DNA from: a virus
Virus record (IMG/VR): IMGVR_UViG_3300042558_005646
Direction: 5' to 3' (one strand)
Length of the DNA stretch: 64,000 nucleotides
Made by a program: the position numbers and the translations under genes
The notes under the pieces: generated by a model
What the model was told of the DNA's origin: nothing
Databases searched by the model: none
The model's input: the letters and a program-made list of their open reading frames with translations, nothing else
Part shown: positions 30,552 through 42,400 of the stretch, in pieces
Numbering within the stretch: position 1 is the stretch's first letter
How the letters are laid out: each line of letters starts with the position of its first letter

Positions 30552-33452
30552 TTATACTCCCCCTAAAGAAATTGGCATATTAGTTCCTCTTACATTTGCT
30601 GTTATTAAGTTGTTATTTTTATCGTAAGAATAATCTATACTTTGATACACATATTGATCAGTAAAGTTTGCATTTTGTCCTTGGAAAACATTTATCATAA
30701 ATTTTCCATGAAATGTAAGTGGCTTTGTAACATAGCATGAAAAAGATATTGCGCTTATTGGAGTCTTGGAAACTAGCTCAACACTATCAGTAATTCTTTT
30801 CAAGACTTGTTGATCTGGAATTTCATTTCTTTGAGTAGCCCAAATTAAATATTTTTTGAAGCCTACATATGGTGCTTGTGTTGCATCAAAAGGAGCTTTA
30901 GCTAGATATTTTAGCAAGCTAAGTTGAGCCTCAATGGGAACATCTTGCAAAGAAACGGAAGCAGGTGAGTATCTTTCATCAGCTAAGAATCCTGTTATAG
31001 CTGTACCAAATACTCTGACTCCTGCAGCTAGGTTTTTGATATCAGTAGTAATAGTATATTCATCAACTAACAATCCATGCAAATCAGTTTGAAACTTTGC
31101 CAAATAATTCTGTGGATTTGATTCGTTGCTTTGAAAAAGATATTGAGTGCCAGCTGGATTTAAGCCTGTAAATTTCAGATCTTTATCTATGTAGTTATTT
31201 CGACATTCCAATATAAATCCATACTTTTCTGCCCATCTAAAAGTTGGTAAAGAATATGGATTGTTTAGTCTTTCTAGAAGTTTTCCAAGTTTGTCATAAA
31301 TTTTATCTAATGGATTAAGCTTAATAAGATCTTGATTGTTAGTGGAGCTGCTATTTAATCTCAAATCAATTCCACTTATTACTCCACCCGATAATGAATC
31401 ATTGTTATTTCTAAAATAATATGACCAAAAGCCAGAACTAGCCATAATAGAATCAATAGCTAAGTCATGTCTCATTCCAGCTAGCAAGATGTTTTTATCA
31501 AAGTAAATATTATCAAGTATAAATGATGCTAAATCCTGACATGTAAGAGTAAAAGTGCTGTCATTTCCTTTTCTGGAATATGAAGAATTTGTAATAAAAC
31601 CTTGAAAATAAGTGCTTAAGCTTCCTTGAACATAACCAGCATCTATTGTTACTACCAACAAATTGTTTTCAATAGCGTTGATAAATTTGTATCCTTCTTC
31701 GGAATCTATGTTTTTTAAGGTTATTGTTGCAGATTTTGTAATTCTAGATAAATTTGATAAGACTGCTTGACAACTAACAGACCAAGAATCAACCCATCCA
31801 GTAACATTTCCAACTTCATAAAAAAGTTGATTTAGTACAGGATTAACAAACTTGTAATCTGTTTCTCCTTTATTGCCTGAATTTAAATTTGCTACTCCTT
31901 CAGCAGCTAATATTCCAGGATGAGGTACTTCAATTTGTAAAAATGCTGGACCTTCAATTGTTGTATTATATATGAGTTTTAAATAAACTGTTTTTTTGTC
32001 TTTGTCTGCGCTTGTGTAATTTGGAAATTTTATAGGAACTATATCAGAAAATTGATTTGCGTCTAATCTAAAGTCCTTAAAATATGAAATGTTTTTATCT
32101 TTTGGATTTGATTCATTAAATCCAGTAGACCTTGGAGATGCATTTATCATATAAGCTGATTTTTCAAAATGTTTTTTTACTACATCGACAAACGCTTTTA
32201 CATCTGGAATTTTTGACCCAGAATACTTGAACTCAGCAACAATATAGTTTTCTTTAGAATTCGCTGGTTGATCATTATTGTAATTATTAAAAATAATTGC
32301 TGAATATCTAAATTTGAGATTGCAATTGCTCATCGTCATAACTATTGAAGTGGCTGGATTAAAATAAACTTCTCTTCCACTAAAATTTATAATAGTGTTC
32401 CATTTTGTGATGTCAGGACTAAAACCTATAAGCATGTTTGGTCCTGCGAAATGCACAAACAAATCATAGGATGACATTGTAGTTGAATCTAGTACTGGAG
32501 CAATTACATCAGTTTGTATCAAAAACTGATTTGTATCTGGATCATAAATTTTTATGACAGGTTTTTTATTTAATTCAAAAATAATGGCCATACTACATAT
32601 AAAATCATTATTTTTATCTGGTATCCCACCAGCTACAAGTACTGTGATAGAAGATGTTGATTCTTGAAAATTTGATATTGAAAAATTTATGTGAAATCCA
32701 TTGTTGCCTAAAGTTCCTCTAGCCAATATCGGTTCTTTGTTGCCATCTGGATTTACAATTTCCGCATTTGTTTGATATACAGCATCAAAAGAAGTTGGAA
32801 AATATCTCATTATTTGCGTAACTGTTTTTATTGAAGTTACTTCTACTTGAGCTCCATATGTTGGATCTTTTATTGTTCTGAGTGTTCCTGTATTTTTACC
32901 CTTGATTGCTGGACCAATATATTTATAAGCCTCTTTTGTAACTGGGGATAAGTCTGGATTGACAGTATTCCATATGTTGTAAGTGACCAGAGTATTTCCT
33001 TCACCTGTAAATGGAATTTTTGGAAATTGAGGGGTGCTTTGATCTACAGGCGCTGTAACAGTACCAGTAGTGGGAGATCCAATAAAAACAGGATCGTAAA
33101 GTTCTTTTGAAGGACCTTTGAGTAAGTTTAAGAATGGATCAACTTCGTCAGGAGCAATTGAGCCCCAAGCAAAAGTGCAAGATGATGCACTTATAGATGT
33201 ATTTACTTCTGGAATTCTAGCATTTTGCAGCGATGACAAAACTTTAAGTCTAGTGCTATATTTTGGTTCAGAATTACCTTCACTATCAGTGTACGTAGGG
33301 TTGAAGTCGTAGTTTAATACAGCTAGATTATCTTGAGCTTTTGTCGCAGAAGAAGCTGAGTATTCTCCAGAAAAAAATCCACTTTCTGGTGCATTCAAAA
33401 TACTTAAAGTAACATTTGTTTTAAGTTGTCGTGGATCTGGGGAAAGGTTCAT
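30552..33452 (-). CDS. Probable baseplate hub / tail-tip hub protein (966 aa)
   Basis: C-terminal half reads SATITLKN...VVTIDAGY...YFQGFITNSSYSR...FTLTCQDLASFILDN...IKNLAAGVRVFG...IDYSYD, the layout of gp27/gpD/Mu gp44-like hubs. Its position directly after the largest tail gene fits. Confidence 0.55.
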   Translation of the reverse strand: MNLSPDPRQLKTNVTLSILNAPESGFFSGEYSASSATKAQDNLAVLNYDFNPTYTDSEGNSEPKYSTRLKVLSSLQNARIPEVNTSISASSCTFAWGSIAPDEVDPFLNLLKGPSKELYDPVFIGSPTTGTVTAPVDQSTPQFPKIPFTGEGNTLVTYNIWNTVNPDLSPVTKEAYKYIGPAIKGKNTGTLRTIKDPTYGAQVEVTSIKTVTQIMRYFPTSFDAVYQTNAEIVNPDGNKEPILARGTLGNNGFHINFSISNFQESTSSITVLVAGGIPDKNNDFICSMAIIFELNKKPVIKIYDPDTNQFLIQTDVIAPVLDSTTMSSYDLFVHFAGPNMLIGFSPDITKWNTIINFSGREVYFNPATSIVMTMSNCNLKFRYSAIIFNNYNNDQPANSKENYIVAEFKYSGSKIPDVKAFVDVVKKHFEKSAYMINASPRSTGFNESNPKDKNISYFKDFRLDANQFSDIVPIKFPNYTSADKDKKTVYLKLIYNTTIEGPAFLQIEVPHPGILAAEGVANLNSGNKGETDYKFVNPVLNQLFYEVGNVTGWVDSWSVSCQAVLSNLSRITKSATITLKNIDSEEGYKFINAIENNLLVVTIDAGYVQGSLSTYFQGFITNSSYSRKGNDSTFTLTCQDLASFILDNIYFDKNILLAGMRHDLAIDSIMASSGFWSYYFRNNNDSLSGGVISGIDLRLNSSSTNNQDLIKLNPLDKIYDKLGKLLERLNNPYSLPTFRWAEKYGFILECRNNYIDKDLKFTGLNPAGTQYLFQSNESNPQNYLAKFQTDLHGLLVDEYTITTDIKNLAAGVRVFGTAITGFLADERYSPASVSLQDVPIEAQLSLLKYLAKAPFDATQAPYVGFKKYLIWATQRNEIPDQQVLKRITDSVELVSKTPISAISFSCYVTKPLTFHGKFMINVFQGQNANFTDQYVYQSIDYSYDKNNNLITANVRGTNMPISLGGV

Positions 33453-33458
33453 ATATTA

Positions 33459-33464
33459 ATTATA
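33459..33464 (-). promoter_or_regulatory. Candidate -10 element for the leaderless hub-like gene
   Basis: TATAAT TAATAT ATG; no SD. Confidence 0.5.
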
Positions 33465-33487
33465 AAATTTAAAGTGATGTTATACCT

Positions 33488-36400
33488 TTACCCAACTATT
33501 TGAGTAATTGGATAAATAGTAAGATTTGTAATAATTGGATACCCGTCAGGTCTAATAATTGTAAAAGATTGTCCAGATGGCTTGATATTAGATGCTAATA
33601 TGACTGAATGATTTCCACCAGCTGCAATATCATATGCTCCTATAACTCCAGCATTTGACAGAATTACATTTATTGGTACACCACTCTTAATATTTTCATT
33701 TCTAGAATTCGTATAGCTTTGTGCAAATCCCAAAGCTCCAAAAGAATTGTCTCCATATGGATAAAAATTATCTTGAGATAAAGCCAAAAGTCCAAGTGCT
33801 CCTGTTGAAACTTTTATATATGATTGCCCAGGATTTCTATAAGATGCCACCTGATATCCAACATTGAAAACAGGTATTTCATTAGTAGCGAAGCCATATG
33901 AAATAATACTTCTTTCTTCTGCTGGATCTTGAGAAGAAGCTATAATAATTATATTGTTCTCATATGTTGAGATATCATAAGCATATCCCCACCCTCTTAA
34001 ACTTGACAAACCACTAAACCAAACTATTTGATTATCTATGTCAAATGATATTCCAGTAACAAATCCCAAACCGTTATTAAATCCAACTTCTACTTTAAAA
34101 GGATTCAAATAATTTGTACTTCCAATATATTTATCAGGATTTGGATCTATATTGACTGGATAGAATCCTAAATTAGAAATTCCTAATTTATTAACATATC
34201 TAGATCTACCACTAACCCAAACTTGTTTATTGTCTATAAATGCAAGTATATAAGAGTTGCAAGATACATCAGCCAGACTGTTACTGGAAGCATAACTAAA
34301 TCCATTATTAGTATTCGATTTTTCCAATATTGGTTGAAATGAAAATATATTTGTCAAAGGTAAAGATTGACCAAATATTCCGTTTACATTGGAGCCACAA
34401 ACTAGTAAAACTCTTTTATTAATTGATGTGTCTTCAGCTATAATAGCCGAACATAAATCTCCAGCAGATACTTTGATTACCTTGTATTTTGCTGCCAAAG
34501 GAACCAAAGTAAGTGAATTCAACTGTGAAATGTTGGATGGAAATCCAAGCTGACCGTTGCTATTTGATCCACTTGCGTATAATTTTCCATCTATATCTAC
34601 CACAAAAGTATGGTAAAGACCAGCTTCAATGATTGTGTATTGTTTTGTATCATCTATCAACTGAAATCCATATCTATCAGGTGTATTACTTCCACTTGCA
34701 ATTGCTCCGTATAATGCTTGACCTGAAGAATATAGTTTATTTGCTAAAGGATTAGGTAGAACAGTAACGTTTACATCTACCGTATATCTTTGACCTAAAT
34801 TTGTTGCTGGGGTTGATGCAAGTTTTTGACTGTCAAATACTACAAGGCTAACAGTAAATATTCCAACCATGTTGAATTGATTTACAAATGTAGAATTAAA
34901 TCCAGACTTTACACCATTTATAGACCATTCGAAGGTTATATTTTTGGTATCTTCAGGATCATAAGATCTGGTTCCATCAAAGGTAAAAGTATCTCCAACT
35001 TTCAATTCAATATAACCAGTTATTCCTGGCTCATTACCCAAAATAGCAATTGGATTTTGATTTGCTAATGGCGGTGGTGGATTTGAGATGATAAACAGAG
35101 TTTTTGACACAGGATCTGATTCTAATCCCAAATTATCAAAAACAGATAAAGTTACTGTGTGATAACCAATTGAGCTAAATGATGTAGATAATGTTGGTGT
35201 GTTTGAATTTTGATTCACTCCATCTACAAGCCACTTATATCCATTTATAAATTGATTATTATCTGGATCATAACTTCCATTTGAAGTAAATAATACTGGA
35301 GTATTTATTTCAACTTGTGTAATACCTGGTGGCGTTGTGTCTAATACTGCAATTGGTTTATTATTTTTAACAATGTAATCTAGTGTTGCAGTATTACTAG
35401 CTCCCAAGTTATCGGTTACAGTTAATGAAACTTTATAAGTACCTGGCTGTGAATAAACTGTGTCCGTATTTACAAGACTTGATCTACTACCATTGCCAAA
35501 GTCCCATGAATAAATAAGTTCGCCACCAATATTATCAGGATCGTAACTTCCAGCTCCTGAAAAACTTACTGTCACTGGTGCTTGTCTTGTATTTGATTCT
35601 GGGTTTGCTCTAATTACTGAAACGGGTGGAATATTTTCTGGGTTTACCTTAACACCAATTGATGCAACATCACTCCAATCTCCATCATCATCTCTGACAC
35701 GTAAAGTTACAACATATGGAATAAATCTTGCTGTTGTAAATGTGTAAGTAAAAGTTTTGGTTATAAAAGGTGTGCTAGAAATACCATTCAAATACCATTC
35801 ATAATCAACTACTGTTCCATCCAAGTCATAAGAGTTTGAATCAAAAACAACAGTAAAAGGAGCTATTCCAGAAATAGTGTTATTGGATGGGGCAGTGTTT
35901 GTAGATATTACTGCAAATGGTTTTCTATTTAAAATGCTTACAACTTGAGATGATGTGTTTGATAATCCCATGTTGTCATAAACGGTTAAAGATGCTGTGT
36001 AATTTCTTTTACCCTTATTGTAAGATTTCTGCGGAGATTTTTGCAAAGGATCTCTTGTTGTAAAACTTGTTTCATCACCAAAATCCCAATCCCACCTGAC
36101 CAAATTATTTTCTGGATCTGTAGAATTATCTGAAAAATTAATTACATCAAAAGTAAAAGCATTATTTGGAGTAAATGAAAAAGATGATACTGGAGGCTGA
36201 TTATTTATAATTATAATTTTTTTAGAGTTTAATGTTTCTAAACTTTGGCCAGCTCTATTATCCGTCAAGGTAAGTTTTGCAGTAAATGTTCCAACCCTAT
36301 TGTAAGAATGTAAAATTGGGCCTGGAGTTGCAAATTGTTTTGAAGTTCCATCACCAAAATCTATTTGATATAAAACAATATTTCCATCTGGATCATACGA

Positions 36401-39400
36401 TCCAAGTGTGTCAAAAGTAAAAGTATCATTTATCACTCCAGAACTTTTATCAACATTTAAAATAGCAATGGGCAAAACATTATCAGCTGGTGTGACAATT
36501 ACTAAAACACTGGTTGTATTAGTGCCACCTGAATCATCTGTTACAGTTAGGTAAATTGTGTAAGAACCTTCTACTGTAAAATTAAAAGTTGCGTTTGGTG
36601 TGTTTGCAGAAAGTCCATTTGTTGTTGACCAGTTATATGAAACTATGATTCCATCTGGATCATAAGATGTATCACCGTTAAAAGTTAAACTGCCTGGAGC
36701 TTTAACGCTTAGAGACGTATAAGTAATGACTGCAACAGGATTTCTATTTGTAATTGTAATTTGTAAATTAGCTGTTGATGTGTCTCCGATATTGTCTGTT
36801 ACTGTCAAAGAAGCATTATATACACCAGGTTTAGTGTAAACATGGCTTTCTCTTGTACTGCCTTGAAGAATTTTATTTCCATCTCCAAAGTCCCAATTAT
36901 ATTTAGTAATACTCCCATCTAGATCATATGAATTATTACCAAAAAAGTTGACTTGTGTTTGAGACAAAGTTGGATTAGGAAAAGCTGATAATTCAGCCAC
37001 AGGTAAATTATTTTTAATATTTACTTCAAATATATAAGTATTTGTAAGATTTCCGTCATCTGTAACGGTGAGTTTAACTGGATATATACCAGATCTTGTA
37101 AATCTATGTGAAACAACTTTTTGATAGGTTTGAATATTGAAAAACAATGACGAATTAGCTTCAAATTCCCATAGCCATGAAACTATTTTTCCATCTAAAT
37201 CAGAAGAAAGATCAGTAAAGTTTATCACTGCTGGTGCCAAAATATTATTGATATCAACATTGAATAAAGCTATAGGTGGTTTGTTTGCAGGAGGTGAAAC
37301 AATTGTAATTTCGATAGAAGATGTAGCTGTTTTAATTTCTGTACCGTCAGCCAATCCATCATCACTTACAGTTAATCTAATTGTATACGTTCCAGGTAGA
37401 AAGTATGTATGAGTTGGGTTTTTAAGCAAACTATTTGTCGTCGAAAAAGTTTGTCCATCTCCAAAATTCCAATCCCATTTTGTTATAAAACCATCTGGGT
37501 CTATAGATATTTCGGTAAATTTTGCCTGTAAAGGTGTGAAACCAATTTGTGAACCAGAAATATTATTTATAATTGGAGGTAAGTTTATTAGTGGAGCAAC
37601 TATTACATTTTTTGTGATAGAACTAAATTTACCGCCGCTATCAGTTACTTTCAAAGTTACTTGATATGTACCAGCTATAGAATATGCGTGTGTAGGATTT
37701 TGAACAAGATCTGTAGAGCCATCACCAAAATCCCAACTCCACAAAGATATTATCCCATCAGAATCAGAAGATAGATCAGTAAATTCTACAATCAACTTTC
37801 TATTTTGTTGAGAAAAATTAAAGTTTGCAATGGGCGGATTATTTCCTGGAGGAGCAACTGTAATTTCAATTGTTCCTGAGACTTGAAGTCCTCCAGAATC
37901 AGTAACAGTAAGAACCACTCTGTATTTGCCAGGATCTGCATAAATGTGTTCTGGGTTTTGAACGTCAGCTGTTTGGTTATCTCCAAAATTCCAGCTCCAA
38001 GCAACTAATGGTCCTTCATCATCACTTGAAGTATCAGTAAATTTTACTTTTAAATTTGGACTATACGATGTTTGAGCCCAATTAAAAGATGGAGATGGTG
38101 GATTGTTGACGGTACCATCCACTGTAATAGTGGGTCCTATAAACTTACTTGAAATTCTTAGTAGGTTATCTCTTATAATCAAAGAAGGTGTAAATTTACC
38201 AGCTCTTGTGTAATCATAAGTAAAAGATTGATTATCGAATTTTATTGCAGTATTATCATCACCAAAATCCCACTGATAAAGTTGAATAAACGATCCGTCA
38301 TTAGCTGGAGAAGATTGATCCGTAAATGTCACACTCAAAGTAACTGAACCTGAAATTGGAGTGCCTGAAAATTTTGCTTGTGGCAATAAATTATTAACTG
38401 GCGCTGGGTTGACTGTAATAATTACTGTCGCTGGATCACTGCTAAATCCATTTGCATTGGTCACAACTAAAGATACTTTAAATTGTATAGGATCAGTTGT
38501 ATTATTTATAAATGTATGAGTTGGATTTTCTTCAGTTGACTGAGTATCGTCGCCAAAATTCCAAACATAAGTCAAAGCGCTTCCACTTGGATCGTAAGAA
38601 TTTGTTGATAAGAAACTTACAAATAATGCTGATTGACCACTGGTAGGATTTGCTGAAATATTAGCAATAGGTTTTGTATTTGTGATTGTATCTGTATTTG
38701 TGGAATCTGATGTATTGATACATTCAATATCAAACTTTCTTACGCCAAGTATTGATGCATATGGATTCAATAAAACAGCTTCTATGTTACATTTACCAGT
38801 ATCGTAAGCTACTATAACTTTTCCATTGTATTCTTGTTTTTTGCAACTTATTAAGGCTGGTTTGTGCTTAGGGACAGATGCATTAAATTCACTAGAAGAA
38901 TCATAGTATGTTATGATGTTTTTTCTATTTGATAATTCCAAGACCAATGGATCGTCAAGTCTTCCTTTTATCAAATGGAGCGTTTCATTGCGTTTCAAGT
39001 TCATGTCAACTGAATGCATAGCATGCTCAAAATAATAAATATTTCCATTGCACCAAAAAACAGATCTATGAAGACCCAGTTTTTCATCGTAATCTGATGT
39101 AAGACCATAAATATTGTAATCAGAATTAATTGTGTTTCCAGATAAAACGTCTAAGTCCAAAAGAGTATTTCTATCTTGAGCTTGGTAATTGGAAATTATT
39201 TTTAAATTTATTTTTCGTGGTGTCGCACTCATCGAATATGCAACAGCGTATTCTCTTGATGAAAGTTGCACAATTGTTGGGAAAGATGAATGAGCAGTAC
39301 CCGAAGAAGCTATTGGTTCTAATAATCTAAAATCTGAAGTAAATGTTGGTGCAACTCCATCTATGAAAATTGTCTTGTCTGTAAGTGGCGCAGTTATATT

Positions 39401-42400
39401 TGTAATATTAAGTGGTATTGATCTAACTAAAATTGCACCAGGATCAGCATAACCCACATTGAACAACTGTGCAGCTTGGTCAGTAATCAAATATGAATTT
39501 AGTTTTGTTGATTTAAATGCTTTTGATAATGTTGAAAAATTTGCATCAACTTTTGGTTCTCCTTGTATGTATGGATGCCAAGAAGCTTGATTTCTCATGT
39601 CAGTATTTGCTGATATAAGAGAATCATAATCGTGAGAGCTTGTTGAATTCTTTACTGAATTTCTTTCAGTCAACAAGAATGTATGAATTCTTTTTGTTTG
39701 ATTTATATGTAGTTCTGAAGAAATGAGAAATGGGAATTCACCTTTTAAAGTAATTCCTATACCTGTATTTACATTAAAACCCACAGGATATTTTTCGTAT
39801 TGTGTAGTGAAAAAAGAATCAGTTGTAATCACTGCAGTTTGATTTTCTTCACCAGTTTTTGTACTTGGAACTGTGTAAGCAATAACTATAGCTTGTTCAA
39901 ATCCTGATTCGCATGCAGTAAGATTTGTTGCTATGTTTGTTTTACCGCCCTTGAAAGATGTTCTTTCTCTTTTAGCTTGAGATAAATTCCTCACTGAACT
40001 TCTAAAATCTGATGGTGTTGGAAAATTTTTAGATTTTTCGAGTTCAATAAAATGGTCTCTTCTATTTTTTCCGTAAACACTACCAGTCTCGTAAAAACCA
40101 ATAATATCTGATTCAGAAGATCCTTTATTTTGTTGTGAAAATACTTCGATCAAGTTAGCTTTTCTTACATCTTCTACAGAACTTTTTCTTGGTGGCAAAA
40201 TAAGGCCATGTCCAGGAGCTCTTGCTATCAATCCACCTCTTAAATGCAACACTGATTCTTGTGCTGATCCATCTTGATTTCTCAAAGATGTATTGCCAAA
40301 TAAATCAGGCAAACCTGGAGGAAAATCACCATTAATTCTATGGAATATTGTTTGAGCGAGAATTATTCTAAGTTGATTTAAATCTATATCAATTGCTTTT
40401 TGATAAGTAGTACCACTGCCTGTAGTTTTTCCATTTGGTAAAGCTAATATGCCTCCACCAAATATCCATGAAGCATACCCAGTATCTGGATTCAGATACT
40501 CAGGATCCAGTTTATTGGTATAAATTCTATTACCAGTGATTGGGTCAACTGGATAAGATTTATTTGATTTTGTTGCAATCCATCCTGGGTGTCTTATAAC
40601 ATTGGTAGCTGAGTTATTTGTATCCAGCCATGATGGTGCAACATATTGATCAATTTTGTTAACATCGTTGCAAAAATCAGCAATAGATTTTGGAAATGGT
40701 GTCCAGTAGTCTACAGTTTCTGACTGTGTATGTTGCCATTCAATATCTCCCTCTTCTTCATCTCTAGCATCAGTGTTTTGTTGCCAAAATCTTCTCGTAA
40801 AATATTCAGTTGTAATTTTAGAAGAAGCATTGAATCTAGTTTTAGCTTCAAATGTATTATTGTTTCCTGAAATTACAAAATTAGCTTTAGAATTAGTTCT
40901 TGTTAATTTAGTCTCGCCCAATTCAATGAGAGGATTATCTAATTCAATTTTAGCAATTCTTGAAACTCCATAGTATGGACCATTAGTAGCTTCATCTTCT
41001 GGATAATCATCTATAGCATTTACTTCGTTTTGATTTGGGTCACGTGAAACTATATTTGTAAATAATGATGTGTCAAGAGGAAAAGTAAATTCCAATAACC
41101 TTGTTGGAACTACTGTAACCAAAGGGGCATTAGGAGAGAAAAAAGTGTAAACTCCGTTATTTGAAACAGCTATTCCAGCATAATTTGGTGGTGAATTCTT
41201 ATCAATCTTGGCGTATTCTAATGTAGCTCTAAATTTATTTTGTTGAATTTTGTCAATTTTCTTTATTTTTATTACACATGATCTAAAAGCATCATCTGTT
41301 TTTTTATCTAAGAATCCCAACCTAATGTTGCTTCCAGAAGGAAATACAATATTTCTGTCAAAACTACTTGGTAAAATAATTGTTATGTAATTCAATCCAT
41401 TGTCATTCAAACTGAAATATTCGTTAAACTTATAAGTTTTTCTAACCTTTGTTGATGGATTTTCAATAATAACACCATCATATGGATTGTTGTTTTGTTT
41501 TAAAAATTGAATTGGATTTGTAAAAATATTCAAATCTCCATCAGTATATTGTGCAACTGTTTTGCCCAAAATATCTGTTTCATCAGGGAATCCAGGATCA
41601 AAATCATAAACTTCAAACTCTTCAGTATATTCGCCTTTTTGATTTCTCAATAATAATTCATCTATAGACTTACCTGCTGTTAAGTCATTTTTTGGAATGT
41701 AAAGGTCTAATGTCCTAAAGTAATCAGGAATTATATCTTTTCTATTACCATTATCATCGTAAGTAAAACCATCAAGAGCATTAAATGGAGAAGCTAGTTT
41801 AATTTTTCCATTAAATACTCTTGGTCTTCCATAAATTATATTAGTACCACCTGAACTTGGAAATGCAGATGTATTTACTTCAAAGTAATCAATATTGGTT
41901 GATTTACTATCTGATAAATAAATTATTCCTGAGTTTTGGATTTGCTTCTTGACAACTTCGTTTATCCAAGTTTTTGATTCAATGCCGCTTTTTGGTTTAG
42001 TAATTATGAAATCATCACTAGGTTTATTTTCAGCAGACAATAGACCAAACGAGCTTACACTTAATGGTTTGGAAGTAGTGTAAGCATTAAGTCTAGGATA
42101 AGGAGAATCTTGATTATCTACATTATCGATTTTGTTATCAGGATTGCAAAGATCGATATATAAGTTTTGGAATGTAGATGAATTAGTTTTAATACTCCAA
42201 GTTTTTTTGTTAGTTAATGTAGTATTTTGTAAAGTTGTTGGGCCTTTGGAAATTTCTTCTATAGTAAATATGCCAGATTGTTGATCGTTATTCTTAGATT
42301 TAAGTTGTAAATTTAAGTATCTATAACCTGATAAGTTTTGATTGCCATAATAATTAGGCTCATTTCCATCGCCTAGAAAACTTCTTATATTTGATGTGCC

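Noticed and set aside
34760-38680. CRISPR array, or diversity-generating-retroelement template/variable repeats
   Set aside because: The repeats are diverged protein-level PKD domains. I saw no identical DNA repeats with spacers, no adenine-specific repeat pair and no reverse transcriptase.
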